A stretch of DNA of 62,988 bases, filler included, from Basidiobolus ranarum (Eukaryota), in assembly GCA_040143965.1 (NCBI GenBank). It is 7 parts of 7 records of this genome, joined end to end, with 100 filler letters (N's around TTAATTAATTAA, not from the genome) between each part and the next. Parts side by side here need not be neighbours in the genome. Positions count along the whole stretch, not along the records: positions 18,055 to 26,974 come from JASJQH010000901.1; positions 27,075 to 35,990 come from JASJQH010000902.1; positions 36,091 to 45,005 come from JASJQH010000903.1; 4 more parts are not named here. One strand, written 5' to 3'. The stretch's first letter is position 1, and the number at the start of each line of letters is the position of its first letter. Below the pieces are notes generated by a model. It searched no databases. It was not told the DNA's origin and worked only from the letters and a program-made list of their open reading frames with translations. The translations under genes and the position numbers were made by a program. This document shows, one piece after another, positions 24,955 through 39,000 of this stretch.

Positions 24955-26727
24955 GTAAAGTTAGACCTTATAGAAAGTGTTGAGACAAAGTTCGACAGAC
25001 TCGAAGATGAATATAGTCAATACCAATGGGCACTAAAATTAGAGTAGATCAACGTCACCCATATAATATGAAATTTCTGTGTACGAATTTTTAATAAATT
25101 GGAGATTTAATTTCATTTTTAACATCATTGATAGATGTGAATTAGTATGACTTGCAATCATACTCGATATGTATGCAAGTCTACAACCACTGTAATGACC
25201 ATTTCTTGACAGAAAAAAGGTTTTCCAGACTACACAGAACAGCATTAAGATTCATAGAAGTTCTGGGCTGAGTTTTATCTTTGCTGGTATTTTCTGATAG
25301 CATCTTTTACTTGCAAGTAAATCTGCATATAAATTGAGAAAGCTTTTTTGAAAATAACTAGATTAGATGATAACTATATGGATATATGTAGCTAGTAGTA
25401 GGGAATATATTTGGGCACTAGCAACATATATCCAGGCAATATGTAATATATTTAAGCATTAGTTATGACTGCAAATATAATCATATATCCCAATAATTGG
25501 CTTACAGATGTTTTATCTAAAGCTTCTAACTTTCCCTTGATATGAAGTCACCTCAATTTGTATTCTCCAAGGTACATTGATTTACTAATCAAAAAATTCC
25601 ACCTCTCGAATCAAGCCGCATAATACGAGTGAATATAACATCCCTCAACCTTGCCTTTGAACACGCATCCTCACCTTCAATGCTTACTAGAGTTTGATGT
25701 CAGAGTGAGGACATAATTGACATTCTACTCACCCAGAAAAGGATATGTGGAATGTAATTGCACGTTTGATAAACGATTGTGTCACGATAATGTATATCTC
25801 AAATTAGCGAACTTATGACATTCGAGTCACGATAATAGTCGCCTCTCCTGGAGAAAAAAACGTAGTCGGAGAAACCATTGGATCTATATATGGTTCTAAA
25901 ACAAATCATCGTAGTTGGAGTGGAGTGATATGCTGATAACAACGGCAAATAGTTGAAACCATCTGGATCCCAATGGCTGAAAATGCTATGCCCCAAGTAT
26001 TCTCGAGTTCAGGTCCCGGAGTATCGGTACTCTGTGGTCAGACCACCTGTTATATTTACAATGAATATCTTCTCATTTCACAAGATAACGGAGCAGGAAG
26101 ATTACCTGAAAGCCGGATATCCTCTATTATGTAGGAATAGAATACAAAGAAATATAAAGGTTTCGGTTCGGTCATGACAAAATCATCGGTCGAATGACCA
26201 GAGGCTTACATATTGAAGGCTATTTGAAGCTAGATGAGTAGGCCTATTGTAATGTTGATGGAAACTATCCCAATTACTTCACTCGAATGACTTATTGGCT
26301 GAGAGTGGCATTGAGTTGTTTCGTTAAATCTGTTTCTTTATCTTGGTTTCATACCGGTTCTGGTATGATTTAGAGTGTATATCAAGACCTATAGCGAGAA
26401 TGTGGTGGGGGCCTAAGTATGTATGACAGTTATCTTGCTGCTAGGTCCAAACGTTCCCTTGGTAGCCTAATTCCAAGCGGCTCTTAACTCTATGTCTATT
26501 AAAGGAAATATGCCGTCACTTACTTCACTGATGGAGCTGTATAAAATGCTCATGTCCGAATACGGCAAAAGTACCATTTTAAGTATGATGTCATGAGGAT
26601 ATTTCTTGGCTGAATCAGTGCTCTAGGTGTAGAATGGAAGTAGATTTGGTTATCACCAATTTTCTTATATAAGCTAATGGCCGCTTTAACTATTATCAAC
26701 ATATTCTCTTTCAATATCTATACAATA

Positions 26728-26974
26728 ATGAACAACTACACTGAAAACCGATCTTATAAAGTTTCTCCATATGAACCTTTGAAATCTGAATACACCCACC
26801 CATCACCACATGCTTATTCCATTAGCGTCGAGAGACATAATTCAGAGACCGTTCGTAATCACCCATACAAGCCCAAGAAGAGGCAGCAAGTAAAAAATGC
26901 TTGTGGTAAGTGTGCTAATTTCCTTCAAAAGTTGCTACACCATCCCTTTCTCGTGCATCATTAAGTAACACACC
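26728..26974 (+). CDS. First exon (26728-26905) of a Zn2Cys6 transcription factor, truncated by the contig end
   Basis: HPYKPKKRQQVKNAC followed by a GTAAGT donor. KRxQVKNAC precedes the Zn-cluster in a known fungal subfamily. Confidence 0.7.
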
Positions 26975-27074
26975 NNNNNNNNNNNNNNNNNNNNNNNNNN
27001 NNNNNNNNNNNNNNNNNNTTAATTAATTAANNNNNNNNNNNNNNNNNNNNNNNNNNNNNNNNNNNNNNNNNNNN

Positions 27075-29307
27075 AAACCTAATCCATCAATATAGGACAT
27101 TTTCCTTATCTTGATATCAATACCTTATAACTAACTGAGAGAGATGTTTTCCAAGAACCGGAGATGCTGGATAGGTACCTTCTGGCCAAGTCATTCTTTG
27201 ACTTAAGAGAATTCGATAGGTGCAGTTACGCACTAAGGAATGGATCTGATAACAAGTCAAGATTTCTGAAACTCTATGCCAAATATTTGGTAAGTGAATA
27301 ACTCTCTAAATGCTTAAATACACCCAACGTCTATTGATTTGAACGGAGTATAGTCAGGTGAAAAGAAGAAAGAGGAGAAAAACCAAGACACTATGGGTAT
27401 GTAGAGCTTCCCATACTCTGCTTGGGAATGTCTTGTATTTATACTCTATTCCATGCATAGGTTTAGCTGACGAGAAACGAATTTTGAACGAAAATATCTC
27501 TGAGATTTTGGAGGACTTGGAGCCATTATATCTTGTAGACGAGCTAGACTCCTTTTGTTTGTATTTGTATGTCACGCGTCTTGATAGCTGAATGCCATCG
27601 TGCAGGTTTACTAAACTCTCTCTTTCTGTTACCCAGATATGCTCTTATTCTTCTGAAAAAAAATATGGAACAAAAGGCTGTGGATGCTCTAGTTAAGTCC
27701 TTAAATAAGTATCCCTATAATTGGAGCGCATGGCTTGAGCTTTCTGGATGCATGGCCAACCAAGATGCTGTAAGTTTAATGAGTCTCACTTAGTCACAAT
27801 CATTTATCACCTCTAATGCTACCAACCTGTATTCGATAGCTCGAGAAAGTTCTCCCTCAACTGAATAATCATTTCATGACAAAGTTCTTTGTCACCCACA
27901 CCGCCAATGAGCTACATTTTAACTCCGAATTGATACAGCAAGACCTTGAGCTTTTGCTTGGTCTATTCCCGGGCAGTAGCTATTTGAAAACTCAGAAGGC
28001 AATGAATTTCTACAATGCCAGAGGTAACTTTTAAACAATCCTTAGCATCTTAAAGCTTAGATCATGACGGATTTTCCTGGTTTAGAGTTTGACGAAGCAG
28101 AAGCTATATTTGATGAACTTATTGAAAAAGACCCCTTCCGACTGGATAACCTAGATACCTACTCTAATGTACTCTATGTCATGGAGAAAAAAGCCAAATT
28201 GAGCTTCTTAGCTCACAACAGCGCTTGTGTGGATAAATATCGACCCGAAACATGCTGTATCATAGGTAACAATAGAATCTAGTCAACCCTTGTCTTCTCC
28301 TGGTGTTATTCGAAATGCTAACATTCAACATCACGTGCAGGAAACTACTTTAGTTTGAAAGGGGAACACGAAAAGGCGGTGATTCATTTTAAGCGGGCTC
28401 TGAAACTGAATCGGAAGTACCTCTCTGCTTGGACTTTGATGGGCCATGAATATGTTGAAATGAAAAACACCCATGCAGCCATTGAGGCATACCGTAGAGC
28501 TGTTGGTAAGCTACAGTGCAAAGATCATGTGGATTTGTGTTTCTTCAGTTGTTAATCAGTTGTCACCTATTGTGGTTTAGATATCAATACGAAAGATTAT
28601 CGTGCGTGGTACGGTCTTGGTCAGACATATGAAGTATTACGTATGCCGTACTATAGTTTGTATTACTATCAAAGAGCAACAGCGCTAAGGTAAGAGATTC
28701 CATTGCTAATACTCTGGAACGATCGATTTTTAAACCCTCTTCAACTGTAGACCGTATGACGCACGCATGTGGTGCGCACTGGCTGGATGCTACGAAATTT
28801 TGAATCAGGATGCAGAAGCAATCAAATGCTACAAAAGAGCCTTATTGGGCTCAGAGAATGAAGTGATTGCCTTGAATAAGTTGGGAAACCTCTATAGAAA
28901 ATTAGAACAACAAGACACGGCTGCGTACTATTATCACCTGAGTCTGAAACAAAGAAAAATACAAAATGTAAAGTCCTCCGGTTCATCTAACTTCCCCTTA
29001 TCCTTTGCTAACCTGACCTGTTGATCCCCCCTCCTCTCAGAATCACAGTCTTGATCTTGTGGAGACATGTTTATTTCTAGCCTATTACGAAAAGAAAAGA
29101 GGGAACTTCAAGGAAGCTGAAGAATATGTCACGGAAGTACTTCAGTACAATGGACCAGTATGTTGTGAAGAGATCCTTAAGCCCTCGAAATGAACTAACC
29201 ATATCTCTAAACAGGAAAAGGAAGAAGCTAAAGCTCTATTAAGAGAGCTGAGAAGTTGCATGGAAGCAACGAACTCTTTGGAAACTCCTTCAAGGACTGT
29301 ATATTGA
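27075..29307 (+). CDS. CDC23: Anaphase-promoting complex subunit 8 (TPR), 5'-truncated, multi-exon
   Basis: [108 protein letters not shown]. Confidence 0.96.
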
Positions 29308-29928
29308 AGTGTAGACTCTTGGTCGGCTTACCACTAGTATAGCTCGACATTGTTCCATTATTGAACCAAGATCATTTTAAACTAATCATGTATATAATTT
29401 GAATATCTTCCATCCATTGAACCTTCCTTTAAGGTCCATAACCAAATGGCCATGAAGTGCCAATAAAGCAAAGATCAATTTGCTGAGATCAAAAGCAGTC
29501 AGTGATTTCGGAGATTTCTTGTTCTGAAACAGTAATATAAACTATTACCACAAACAGCATCTTGTTAATATAATTTAGAGTACTCCAATTGATGACCGTT
29601 TCAGAGTGATGCTGGTTGGCTCTGATTGAGAAAGCTGCATATGTGGAATAAATGGAACGTAGACATGCTGGGAATATTATATTTCTTGGGAAAAAACTCG
29701 AGTGGAATAAGGTGGAATCCCTAACTGGAAATAGGTTCAGATGCCATTCCTAACCCTAAGTCGTGCCACCACCCACCTAATTCCACCTCAGTGTTCTCGA
29801 GTATATAAGTAGCTGTTAGCCGCCAACAATAAGAACCCAGTTGTACATATTACCATCTGCATATATATTACTTCTATTGTCTTTAACCGCTCTGTACCAT
29901 TACACCCTTCCACTTTACATAAAAGCAA

Positions 29929-31622
29929 ATGGCATTGATTTTACCACCTGAAGTGTTACAACACATTATTGGTTATTTATCCGAACCAAAGGATTTATTG
30001 AGTTGCTGTTTAGTTTGTTCTACATGGTGTAAAACTGGGCAAAGCCACCTATGGAATGCTCCAGTATTATCCCGAATAATATCAACCAAAGACCACAACA
30101 CTTTCGAATCGTTTTTCCAAACCACCAAGAGTAAGTCTTTACTCTTCTAATTAGTAGTTACTACATTCGATTCTGACATAAACTTCGTGTAGACTCTGTA
30201 TCTTTGTTAATACAGAAGATCGAAACGTCTTATTGTCCATTTGAAAACCTTGATAAGATTCTCTCGTGGATCTTACGACTTCAAAGCTTACGTGTATTGA
30301 AACTTCCGGTGGGATATCTTACATGTTCACGGATATCCAACGAATCGTTTGCTTTTCAAAACCTACGTCTGCTAGAGCACCTTTCAATTGAACAAACGGA
30401 CGCAGGGACACGCCTTCTCTATCAACTGATTGCGAAATGCCCTCTACTTGAGGACATAAGTATACAATTAGAAGCAAGCCATGTCTCAAATAGCACTTTA
30501 TTAGATGTGTCACCCAAGTATATACCTGTGGCCAAACGGTTGCAACGACTAAAAATTATGGAGGAATTTAGACTCAAACCGGGGGGAAGATTAAAGAGCG
30601 AATTTTTAGAAGCAGTTATACTGGCAACACCTTGTGTTCAAAGATTCACGATAGTTTCTTACACTATTCCCAATGGATTCGCAACAATACTGAATGAGAG
30701 ATGCCCCAACCTGACTCATTTCAAAATGCAAAATATACATGTGTATGGCGGTCCGTCTCTGAACCGAAAACTTTCGGAAACTTGTGAAGCAATAGCACTT
30801 CACTTCAGCACACAAATGATAGAAATGGAATTGGATTTCAGAAGAGCACACTCAAACAATTCAGTGGTTATGCTGCCAAATACCTGGTATGAACATTCGT
30901 GGACCTATCTGACTAGCTTAAAGCTATCAGGAATTCAAATAAATCAGCAACAGATGATTGCTTTATCCCAGAGTTTGACCGGAGATATGGAGGTACTTGA
31001 GATCAATTTACCAACCACCGAAACCCACCCTTTACAGTTCTCAAGAAATGAACTGAATCTTCACGCATGGCTAAGCTTATTTACTAAATGTGGGGGAACG
31101 TTGACTTCGGTAACAGTTGGTGCCGACTACCTACCTAATAGATTTGTTGAGATACTAAGTAAGCATTGTAACAAGCTGAAGCATCTCAAACTCGAGTCAC
31201 ACACGGTCGACGACTATTCAGTTTATGATATAGTTAGATATCTGGGCAAATCTCTGAATTCGCTACACATTCAAAGCGTGAATTTAGGAACAAAAACCTT
31301 TCACTTGGTTGCCAGGAAGTGCGTGAAATTAGAGCAGTTGAATCTGAGTAGAACCATTGATATACCGAGTCATCAGCCTTACTACTATTCTGATGAAAGT
31401 CGGGTTCAACCATATATGGAGACATCGGTTACCAGTCAATTCTTACAAAGTTTAACGAGATTAAGTTTAGTTAATTGGAGACTTGGAGTGGAATTTTTCC
31501 AGATTCTAAGCAATTTGAAGAATTCTAAGCTGTCGCAGGTCCGTGTATCTGAACCAGTGGATAACTGCTTCCCATTGGCTACTTTAAGAAGCAAATTTCC
31601 AGAATTCAATATAGTGGAATAG
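29929..31622 (+). CDS. F-box protein with an RNI-like leucine-rich-repeat region (intron 30131-30192)
   Basis: LPPEVLQHIIGYL...LLSCCLVCSTW F-box. The in-frame GT-AG intron joins it to the 472-aa ORF carrying CPxLxxLxL repeats. Confidence 0.88.
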
Positions 31623-32016
31623 TGTACTTGACTTTTCTGATCCAAATCACAATATATGGTTATCTCTGAAATAAACAAACAATCCAATGAAAAATTAATG
31701 TACGGGATAGGCAACATGCATATATTTGAGAAATTAAGGGTTCCATGAAGATTCGATAACATTCTTCATGATTCTTTTTAGCTTACACAAGAAGTCTATC
31801 TCAATATTTACATCAATAAGCTGAATGACGCGTCATCTCTCCTAAGCCAATGATATACTAGACAAATAAGAGAGTTGTTCACAGATTCTCACTTTTTTCC
31901 CTACAATTCGAGGGTGCATTGTTTTTTTTTCCATTCGAAAGATTGAACTCAATATAAAAATAATGCAGATCCCTATTGGGTGACTCAATCAGTCTTTACT
32001 TCAGGCTTCTTTCAAC

Positions 32017-32511
32017 ATGTCCAACCCCCGTGTCTACTTCGATCTTGCTGCTGACGGTCAACCTATTGGCCGTGTCGTCATGGAACTTCGTGCCGATGTT
32101 GTCCCTAAGACTGCCGAGAACTTCCGTGCTCTCTGCACTGGTGAGAAGGGTTACGGTTATGCCGGCAGCATCTTCCATCGTGTTATTCCCCAATTCATGT
32201 GCCAAGGTGGTGACTTCACTCGTCACAACGGTACCGGTGGTAAGTCCATCTATGGTGAAAGATTCCCTGATGAGAACTTCACCTTGAAGCACACTGGCGC
32301 TGGTATCCTCTCCATGGCCAACGCTGGACCCAACACCAACGGATCCCAATTCTTCATCTGTACCGAGAAGACCTCTTGGTTAGATGGTAAGCACGTCGTT
32401 TTCGGTTCCGTCGTTGAAGGTCTCGATGTCATCAGAGCTGTTGAGAAGTTCGGTACCTCCACTGGTAGAACTCTCAAGAAGATCACCATTGAGGCCTGTG
32501 GACAATTGTAA
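32017..32511 (+). CDS. CPR1: Cyclophilin A (peptidyl-prolyl isomerase), intronless, strong codon bias
   Basis: [60 protein letters not shown]. Confidence 0.98.
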   Translation: MSNPRVYFDLAADGQPIGRVVMELRADVVPKTAENFRALCTGEKGYGYAGSIFHRVIPQFMCQGGDFTRHNGTGGKSIYGERFPDENFTLKHTGAGILSMANAGPNTNGSQFFICTEKTSWLDGKHVVFGSVVEGLDVIRAVEKFGTSTGRTLKKITIEACGQL

Positions 32512-32969
32512 ATTCCATTAGTAGAAGCATTCAAATAAACAATTTTCGCATTATATTGCAAACCAAATTCAATTTCATGTTCTATTATGTCCCGGACCCT
32601 GACTCTGACATAAATCACAAAATACTAGTTTAGCGTGCAGTGATCGTATTAATTTGTCTATATGCGCATTCGTTTGATTTGGGATTGATTTGGGGCGGGG
32701 GTAAAAAAAGTTACCTGCTTCTGTTTACTACTCGATGTGAGAGATTAGTAAAGCTCACTTACTGCATTTGTTTGTATATTATGTGATGGGCTTCTATATT
32801 GGATTTGATGAAATTAACTGGTGCTTCCGTCCAATCATGTGTCTACAGAGCTGCCATGGTCCCTTGATGATGAATACGGTCACTTTCTTGAGATGTGATA
32901 GTTGCGCGGAGTTTTGTTCCTAACATATATACGCAGATCTCTTGATTCACTAGAAGTAGTTATTTAACC

Positions 32970-35040
32970 ATGAACTCTTTTAATTCCATCAATTCTCTCT
33001 GGGATATTAAAGAGGTTATTACTAAAGTGTTAGTACATCTTTAATCATTGTGCTGATTTTTTTCCCGAGTCTAACTTTCATCCTTCACGTGTAGAAAAAA
33101 TGTCGTCTATAATTACACTGAAATGGAGGCAAAAGTTAGAGAAGCCACCAATAATGACGCTTGGGGTGCCTCTGGTACCTTGATGCAGGAGATAGCTCAA
33201 GGGACATACAATTTGTAAGTGAATTTGAAATATTTTGAGTTTAATTTTCACTCACGAATTCCACCGATTCAGTATATTTCGTGGATGGAAATATTTAACT
33301 TTTTATTTAAATATATTATCTCTATGAATAGTCAATATTTCAATGAGATAATGGGAACGATATATAAGCGGTTTACTGAAAAAGAAGCCAAAGATTGGAG
33401 ACAGATTTACAAGGTTAGCATGACATGCAATTTCTTTAATTCATACATCATTTGTTGCATAACCTTTTTCCAGGGTGTAATATTCATATCATGTAATACT
33501 GTTCTTTTTGGTAGGCACTTTCTTTACTCGAATATTTGATCAAGAATGGTTCGGAGAAGGTAATAGACGATGCACGTGGACATATGTCTATGATTAAAAT
33601 GTTCCGTAGTTTCCACTATATCGATGAAAAGAACAAAGATCAAGGCATTAATGGTATGTGGGATTTTTTGAATCATGTAAGGTTGTTTGAGACATCTATT
33701 TGAACAATCCTAACTAATTTAATTCTAATTCCATGATAAAGTACGTACTCGCGCGAAGCTTATTGTTGATTTGTTAGGCAGCTCTGAAAATATTAAAGAA
33801 GAACGTAAAAAAGCTAAAGCCAATAAGAATAAGTACACTGGTGTGAGCAATGAGACTGCAGATTTTGGTGGTGATTCTGGATCGCGCTATGGAGGATTTG
33901 GTAGTGACAGCGGTTTTGGTGGGGGTAGTGATGGTGGTCGTTCACGTTATAAAGGTTTCGGAAGTGAAAGTGGAAGTGGAGGTGGAAACCGTTCACGCTA
34001 CGGAGGGTTTGGTAGCGACTCTTATTCGAACAGTTCCAACTCTAATTACCAATCTCAGTCTCATTCAGGTACGTCAGAAATGACACTCATACGGTATTTA
34101 TCAAGCACTAACTAGATTTAATGGGGGTTTTATAGGTGCATTCAATGATGACGATGATGATGAGGATGTAGCCGTCAATTATGATAACGACAACAGCTAC
34201 ACTTCTAAATCTACAAAGCGCAAATCCTCTCTTAAAACTACATCGGAGCCCAAAGAGAATGTGGATAATAAAGAGCAGATACCCACCATGGATCTATTCA
34301 GCTTTGACGAGCCTGCTCCAGCATCAAGCACAGTAGACGACGAGTGGGGAACATTCCAGACAACTGCTGATGGTAAGCTATCGTTTGAAGCCATTGATAT
34401 AACAAGTCAAATTTAGCTGATTTTATTTCTATTACTCAGATGACGATTTCGGGGATTTCCAAGCTACACCTCAAAGCTCAAAGAACCAAATACCTGTCTT
34501 GACTTCGACTGCCCCTCTGGCACCGATCTCCGCGCCACAAACATCCAACAAACAAAATGGATCCGGAAACTCTAGTACAGCTACCAATCTATTAGATTTT
34601 GATTTCTTTTCTGAAGATATTCCAGTCAATAATAACAAACCTTCATCAAATCAAATCTCCGCCAATCCCGTCAATCTATTGCCAACATCCTCCAAACCAT
34701 TATCAGCCCTTAACCAAAGCTCTTTCCAGTCCACACCACAAGCCAAAAAGGTACCTTGAAGTGGCTTGTTATGGTTATTTTTTCAAGTCATTATCTAACA
34801 CTATTCTTTTAGGATAACCTTACTAACCAATTCTCTGGCATGAAGGTTGATGACATCTGGGGCAAGCACGGAGGTCTTGTGTCTCTTGACAACTTGGGGC
34901 AGAAAGATCAGCCCAAACGTAGCAATGGTCCTTCTATGAACACTCTTGCTACCACAAATGCACCTATATGGGGTAACAGCAATAGCACTAACAAGAGCTT
35001 CACTCCCCTCAACAAAGATGATTTCGATAGCCTCATCTAA
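32970..35040 (+). CDS. ENT3: Epsin-related ENTH-domain clathrin adaptor (Ent3/EpsinR type), multi-exon
   Basis: KNVVYNYTEMEAKVREATNNDAWGASGTLMQEIAQGT; RFTEKEAKDWRQIYKAL; KNGSE; DQGINVR; DEWGTFQ and DDFGDFQ gamma-ear motifs; LLDFD clathrin box. Confidence 0.93.
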
Positions 35041-35867
35041 ATCAAGTTTTCTTTCCCAGGTCTTTTTATACTTACGTGAAATGTTTATATGTTTTATGTA
35101 GACTCTTCGTATTCTATAGCTTTATTTAATACAGTGTTTTACTCTAAAATGAGACGATTGGAAATCCAATTTGAGATGATCTGAAAATTCAAATTAGACG
35201 ATTCACCTTTTCTTCTGGGACGTGTGCAACACAAAAAATGAGATGATTTGCTCTTATTTTTGAGACAAAACCCGGTTCTTTTTCAGACATTATTGTTGGC
35301 ATCATTAAACAAAATAATCTGCTAAAAGACAATATATCAGTGAGGTATTTAAGAAAAAGTTATAATAGAAGAAATGACATCAGTTCGTTTTTCTCTTCCT
35401 TTTCTTTATGGAACCACCTCTAAAGATTACAGAGCAGTGGGTACTTTTGTTTGTTAATCAGATGCATATAGACAGAACATCGTCATTTATGATCATTAAT
35501 TATATACCCATCACACTCTCATGTTAGCATTCATTCTTGTGCCTAAGCTACCAATCTTGTACCTTGTCACAAATGAATCAGTCAAATCCACCAAATCCAG
35601 CTGAGCTAAGCCACTACCTAAGCAAACGTAACAAGATGACTATGAGATAAATGAACAAAACAATTGTAGACAAATTGTGCAATTCATTGCTGTAACTCGT
35701 CATGTTTTTTAAGAGTATATGCTTAACAAACTTTTCTATCTGTGAACTAAAAAAGAGGTCAATTTGCTGTTTCTCTTCTCTTTATTGAACCACCATTAAA
35801 GATTATAGCAGTCAAAAGCTCAATCGCTGGTATTGGGTGGAAGCCACGGTACGTTCCGCTTCTCAAA

Positions 35868-35990
35868 TCACTCGTGGCGAATGTCCATATCCTTGTAACG
35901 CACACGTTCACCTTTTTGAAGTACATTTTTATTCAAGAATTGGAAAATGACCCTGCCTTTGCCCTGGAAAATTTTTCCAACGTTGATTTT
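35868..35990 (-). CDS. Possible terminal exon of an unidentified gene cut by the contig end
   Basis: Open frame from the contig edge: KINVGKIFQGKGRVIFQFLNKNVLQKGERVRYKDMDIRHE*. No family recognised. Confidence 0.35.
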   Translation of the reverse strand, partial: KINVGKIFQGKGRVIFQFLNKNVLQKGERVRYKDMDIRHE

Positions 35991-36090
35991 NNNNNNNNNN
36001 NNNNNNNNNNNNNNNNNNNNNNNNNNNNNNNNNNTTAATTAATTAANNNNNNNNNNNNNNNNNNNNNNNNNNNNNNNNNNNNNNNNNNNN

Positions 36091-39000
36091 GTGGGTTTGT
36101 TACAGGAGAAGAAATAGACCCAAAGAGACTACCAGAAGCTATCCTTGCCTTTCACAAGAAGCAGAGGAAAGCACTCTCTACACTTTGTCTACATCTCTTA
36201 GTCTCTCAATTGAGACACACACACTGAGCCAAGAATGTCCAGACTGCTTGGGAAACACTTGAGAGACTATATGAGACTAAATGGCTGATAGGCAATATCT
36301 TAGGCAAAATTATTTTCAATATAGTTGAATACTGATGATTCTATGGCTAATTGTATAAATTGGATAAAAGCCATGCCAGATCAGCTCTCATCCAATGAAG
36401 CACCTCTGATCAAAGATGACTAAGTTATGACACTACTTGGGAGCCTGCCAGATAAATTTGGGAACCTCACAATTGCCCAAGAATCATGGTCAGAATCTTT
36501 GACAATGGAATATGTTATTGCTTGGCTGTTAAATGAGGAATTAAGGAGATCTAATTATCAACAAAATCAAGCAGATCAGACATTTTTTGGAACTGTAAAA
36601 TGCCCAACAGGCATTAATAATGGTGCCTCTAATAGGAAATTATTTTCTGTGAGTATTGCAAGAAATCACATCATTCAATCAAAGATTACAGAAAAAGGAT
36701 TTTTGCAAAAAGCTAAAATTTGAACAAGCAATTCAAGTAAACACCAATAGGGATCATCTATTTGCATCTGCCCTATCATTAACTACTAATGAAGACTCAG
36801 AAATGTGGTCCATTGATTCTGGAGCCTGCCAGCATATTTCAAACAAGAAACATTGTTTTTTCTAGCTGAAAGCCCATACAAACAAGGAAAGTCTGCTTAA
36901 GTGATGACTATGCGCTAGATATAGTTGGTAAGGGCACAGTCGTGCTCAATTTACACTAAATTTCAGCTATGCCATCTGCACAATTGGAAGCTTTACTTTA
37001 CATGGCAAATATAGCAAAGAATCTACTCTCAATGAGCTAAGCAACAATTCAAAGACTAAGTGCTGAGTTTAGCAAGGCAGGATGCACTGTCACAGAACAG
37101 AAAAATGCAAAATTAGCTACTGGGATAGAAACTCAAAGCCCTTAAAAGCTAGATATCAACAAATTGCAATCAGAGCATGCAAGCTTGGCCAGAACCAGTG
37201 AAATAAGCTGTCAAACATGGCATAGAAGATTAAGCCATGTTGGGGAACAATAACTGACCCAATTATTAAAATCAGCTGATTTCAGGCAAAGAAATTAAAA
37301 ATAGATCTGAGAGAAGGTTGCATATATGGAAAACATTACAGACAACTGTTTTCAAGCTCTGACAAGATCAAAGCCACTAAGCATTTTGCCCTGATCTATT
37401 TGGACCTATGTAGGCACATGAAAAACATCTCACAAGGTGCCAAAATGCACTCTATGACCTTCATTGATGAAAAAACAAGTTATACTTTGGTACTCTTTGT
37501 CAAATCAAAGTCTCAAGCCTTGGCTATGCTTAAGCACTACAAAGCAATGGTGGAGAGAGAATCAGCACAAAAAACAAGGGTATTAACAAGTGAATATGGT
37601 GGAGAATACTGCTCCAAAGACTTTGCTAGAATCTGTTCTAAACACAGAATTGAGCAACATGCTATCACACTGTATACTCCTCAGCAACATGAAGTTGCAG
37701 AAGGTGCTAATAGGACCATGGTGGAGATAGTAAGATCAATGTTACATGATCATATTTTAGATTACCAATATTGGGCTGAATCTGTCTCTACCGCAGTCTA
37801 TATCAAAAAAAGATGCCAAAAAAGATTGCTTAGATATTCTACTTCATTTAGAGCCCTATATGGATCAAAATTAAGTGTGAATCATCTCATGATCTTTGGT
37901 TGCACAGCATATTGCCTAATTCTAGCTCAAAAATACTTTCAATTGAAACCCAAGAGCAGTAAATGTTATTTCTTCATTACTATGATAGATCTAAGGCCTA
38001 AAGACTGTTTGATACCACAAATTGGAAGTTAATTGAGTGCACAAATGTGATTTTTGATGAAAGAGCAACTTTTTCACCTTAAATCTCAGTTCTTGATCCA
38101 GAAAGTACAAGCAGCACTCTTCAGAAAGTGTCTGACACAGCTCCAATTGTATCTGAGCTCGATTCAACCAAATTTCCTGCTCCAAGCACATCTGAGGATG
38201 ATTTAAGACCTGGAAGATCATCTTGAAGGAGATATTAGCTAGCAAACTAGTGGAACACTTCTATTGATGATGTATATGCTTATGCAGCAATCTGTGCCAA
38301 GCCACAGACTCTAGATCAAGCATGGCAGTGTCTAGAATCACAATTATGGAAAAGAGCCATGTCTGATATGTTTTCTACACTACGGGACAATACTATGTAG
38401 GTTTCAGGTCCTTTACCATCAGGGAAGAAGCCATTAGTTTGCAAATGGGTCTACAAAGCTAAAGACTGACATGATGGAACCATCAATTGGCACAGAGCAT
38501 GATTAGTTGCAAAATGTTGTTCCCATACTCCAGTGGTTGGTTTTGATGTAACTCTTGTCCAGTTTAGCTCCATTAGATCAAACCTGGCACTCTAAGCCTT
38601 CCATAACCTTTGTGCACATTTAATAGATGTAAAAACAGCCTTTCTAAATGGAATTCTAGTACAAGAGATCTATATTGAATAACCAGATGGTTTGTTGCTC
38701 TAAAAGACCCTATTATGGTCTGTATACTGCAAAAATTGATAAATGGACTCAAGCAAGCACCCAGGGTATGGTCCAACATATCAGATACTTATTTGGAATC
38801 ACTGGAATTCCAAAAATGCAGAGCAGATCACTATATTTTCATCAAAACAACTGGAAATAAGATCCTTATCTTGATGCTATATGTGGATGACTTGATTATA
38901 GCCTCAATGATCTAGAGGCACTTAACCGGACAAAATCCAGCTTATCAAGCCAATTTAAGTTGATCAATATTGGTTGATCAAGTTATTTTCTTGGAATCTA

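Noticed and set aside
31976-32618. Overlapping and antisense ORFs (31976..32287, 31996..32349, 32250..32618) over the cyclophilin gene
   Set aside because: Shadow frames expected from the strong codon bias of a highly expressed gene.
33860-34030. Gly/Ser-rich YGGFGSD repeats
   Set aside because: Coding low-complexity region typical of Ent3/EpsinR proteins, not a separate repeat element.
35455-35705. Box C/D-like ATGACGA...CTGA pairs on the minus strand
   Set aside because: No terminal stem or recognisable rRNA guide; too weak to call a snoRNA.
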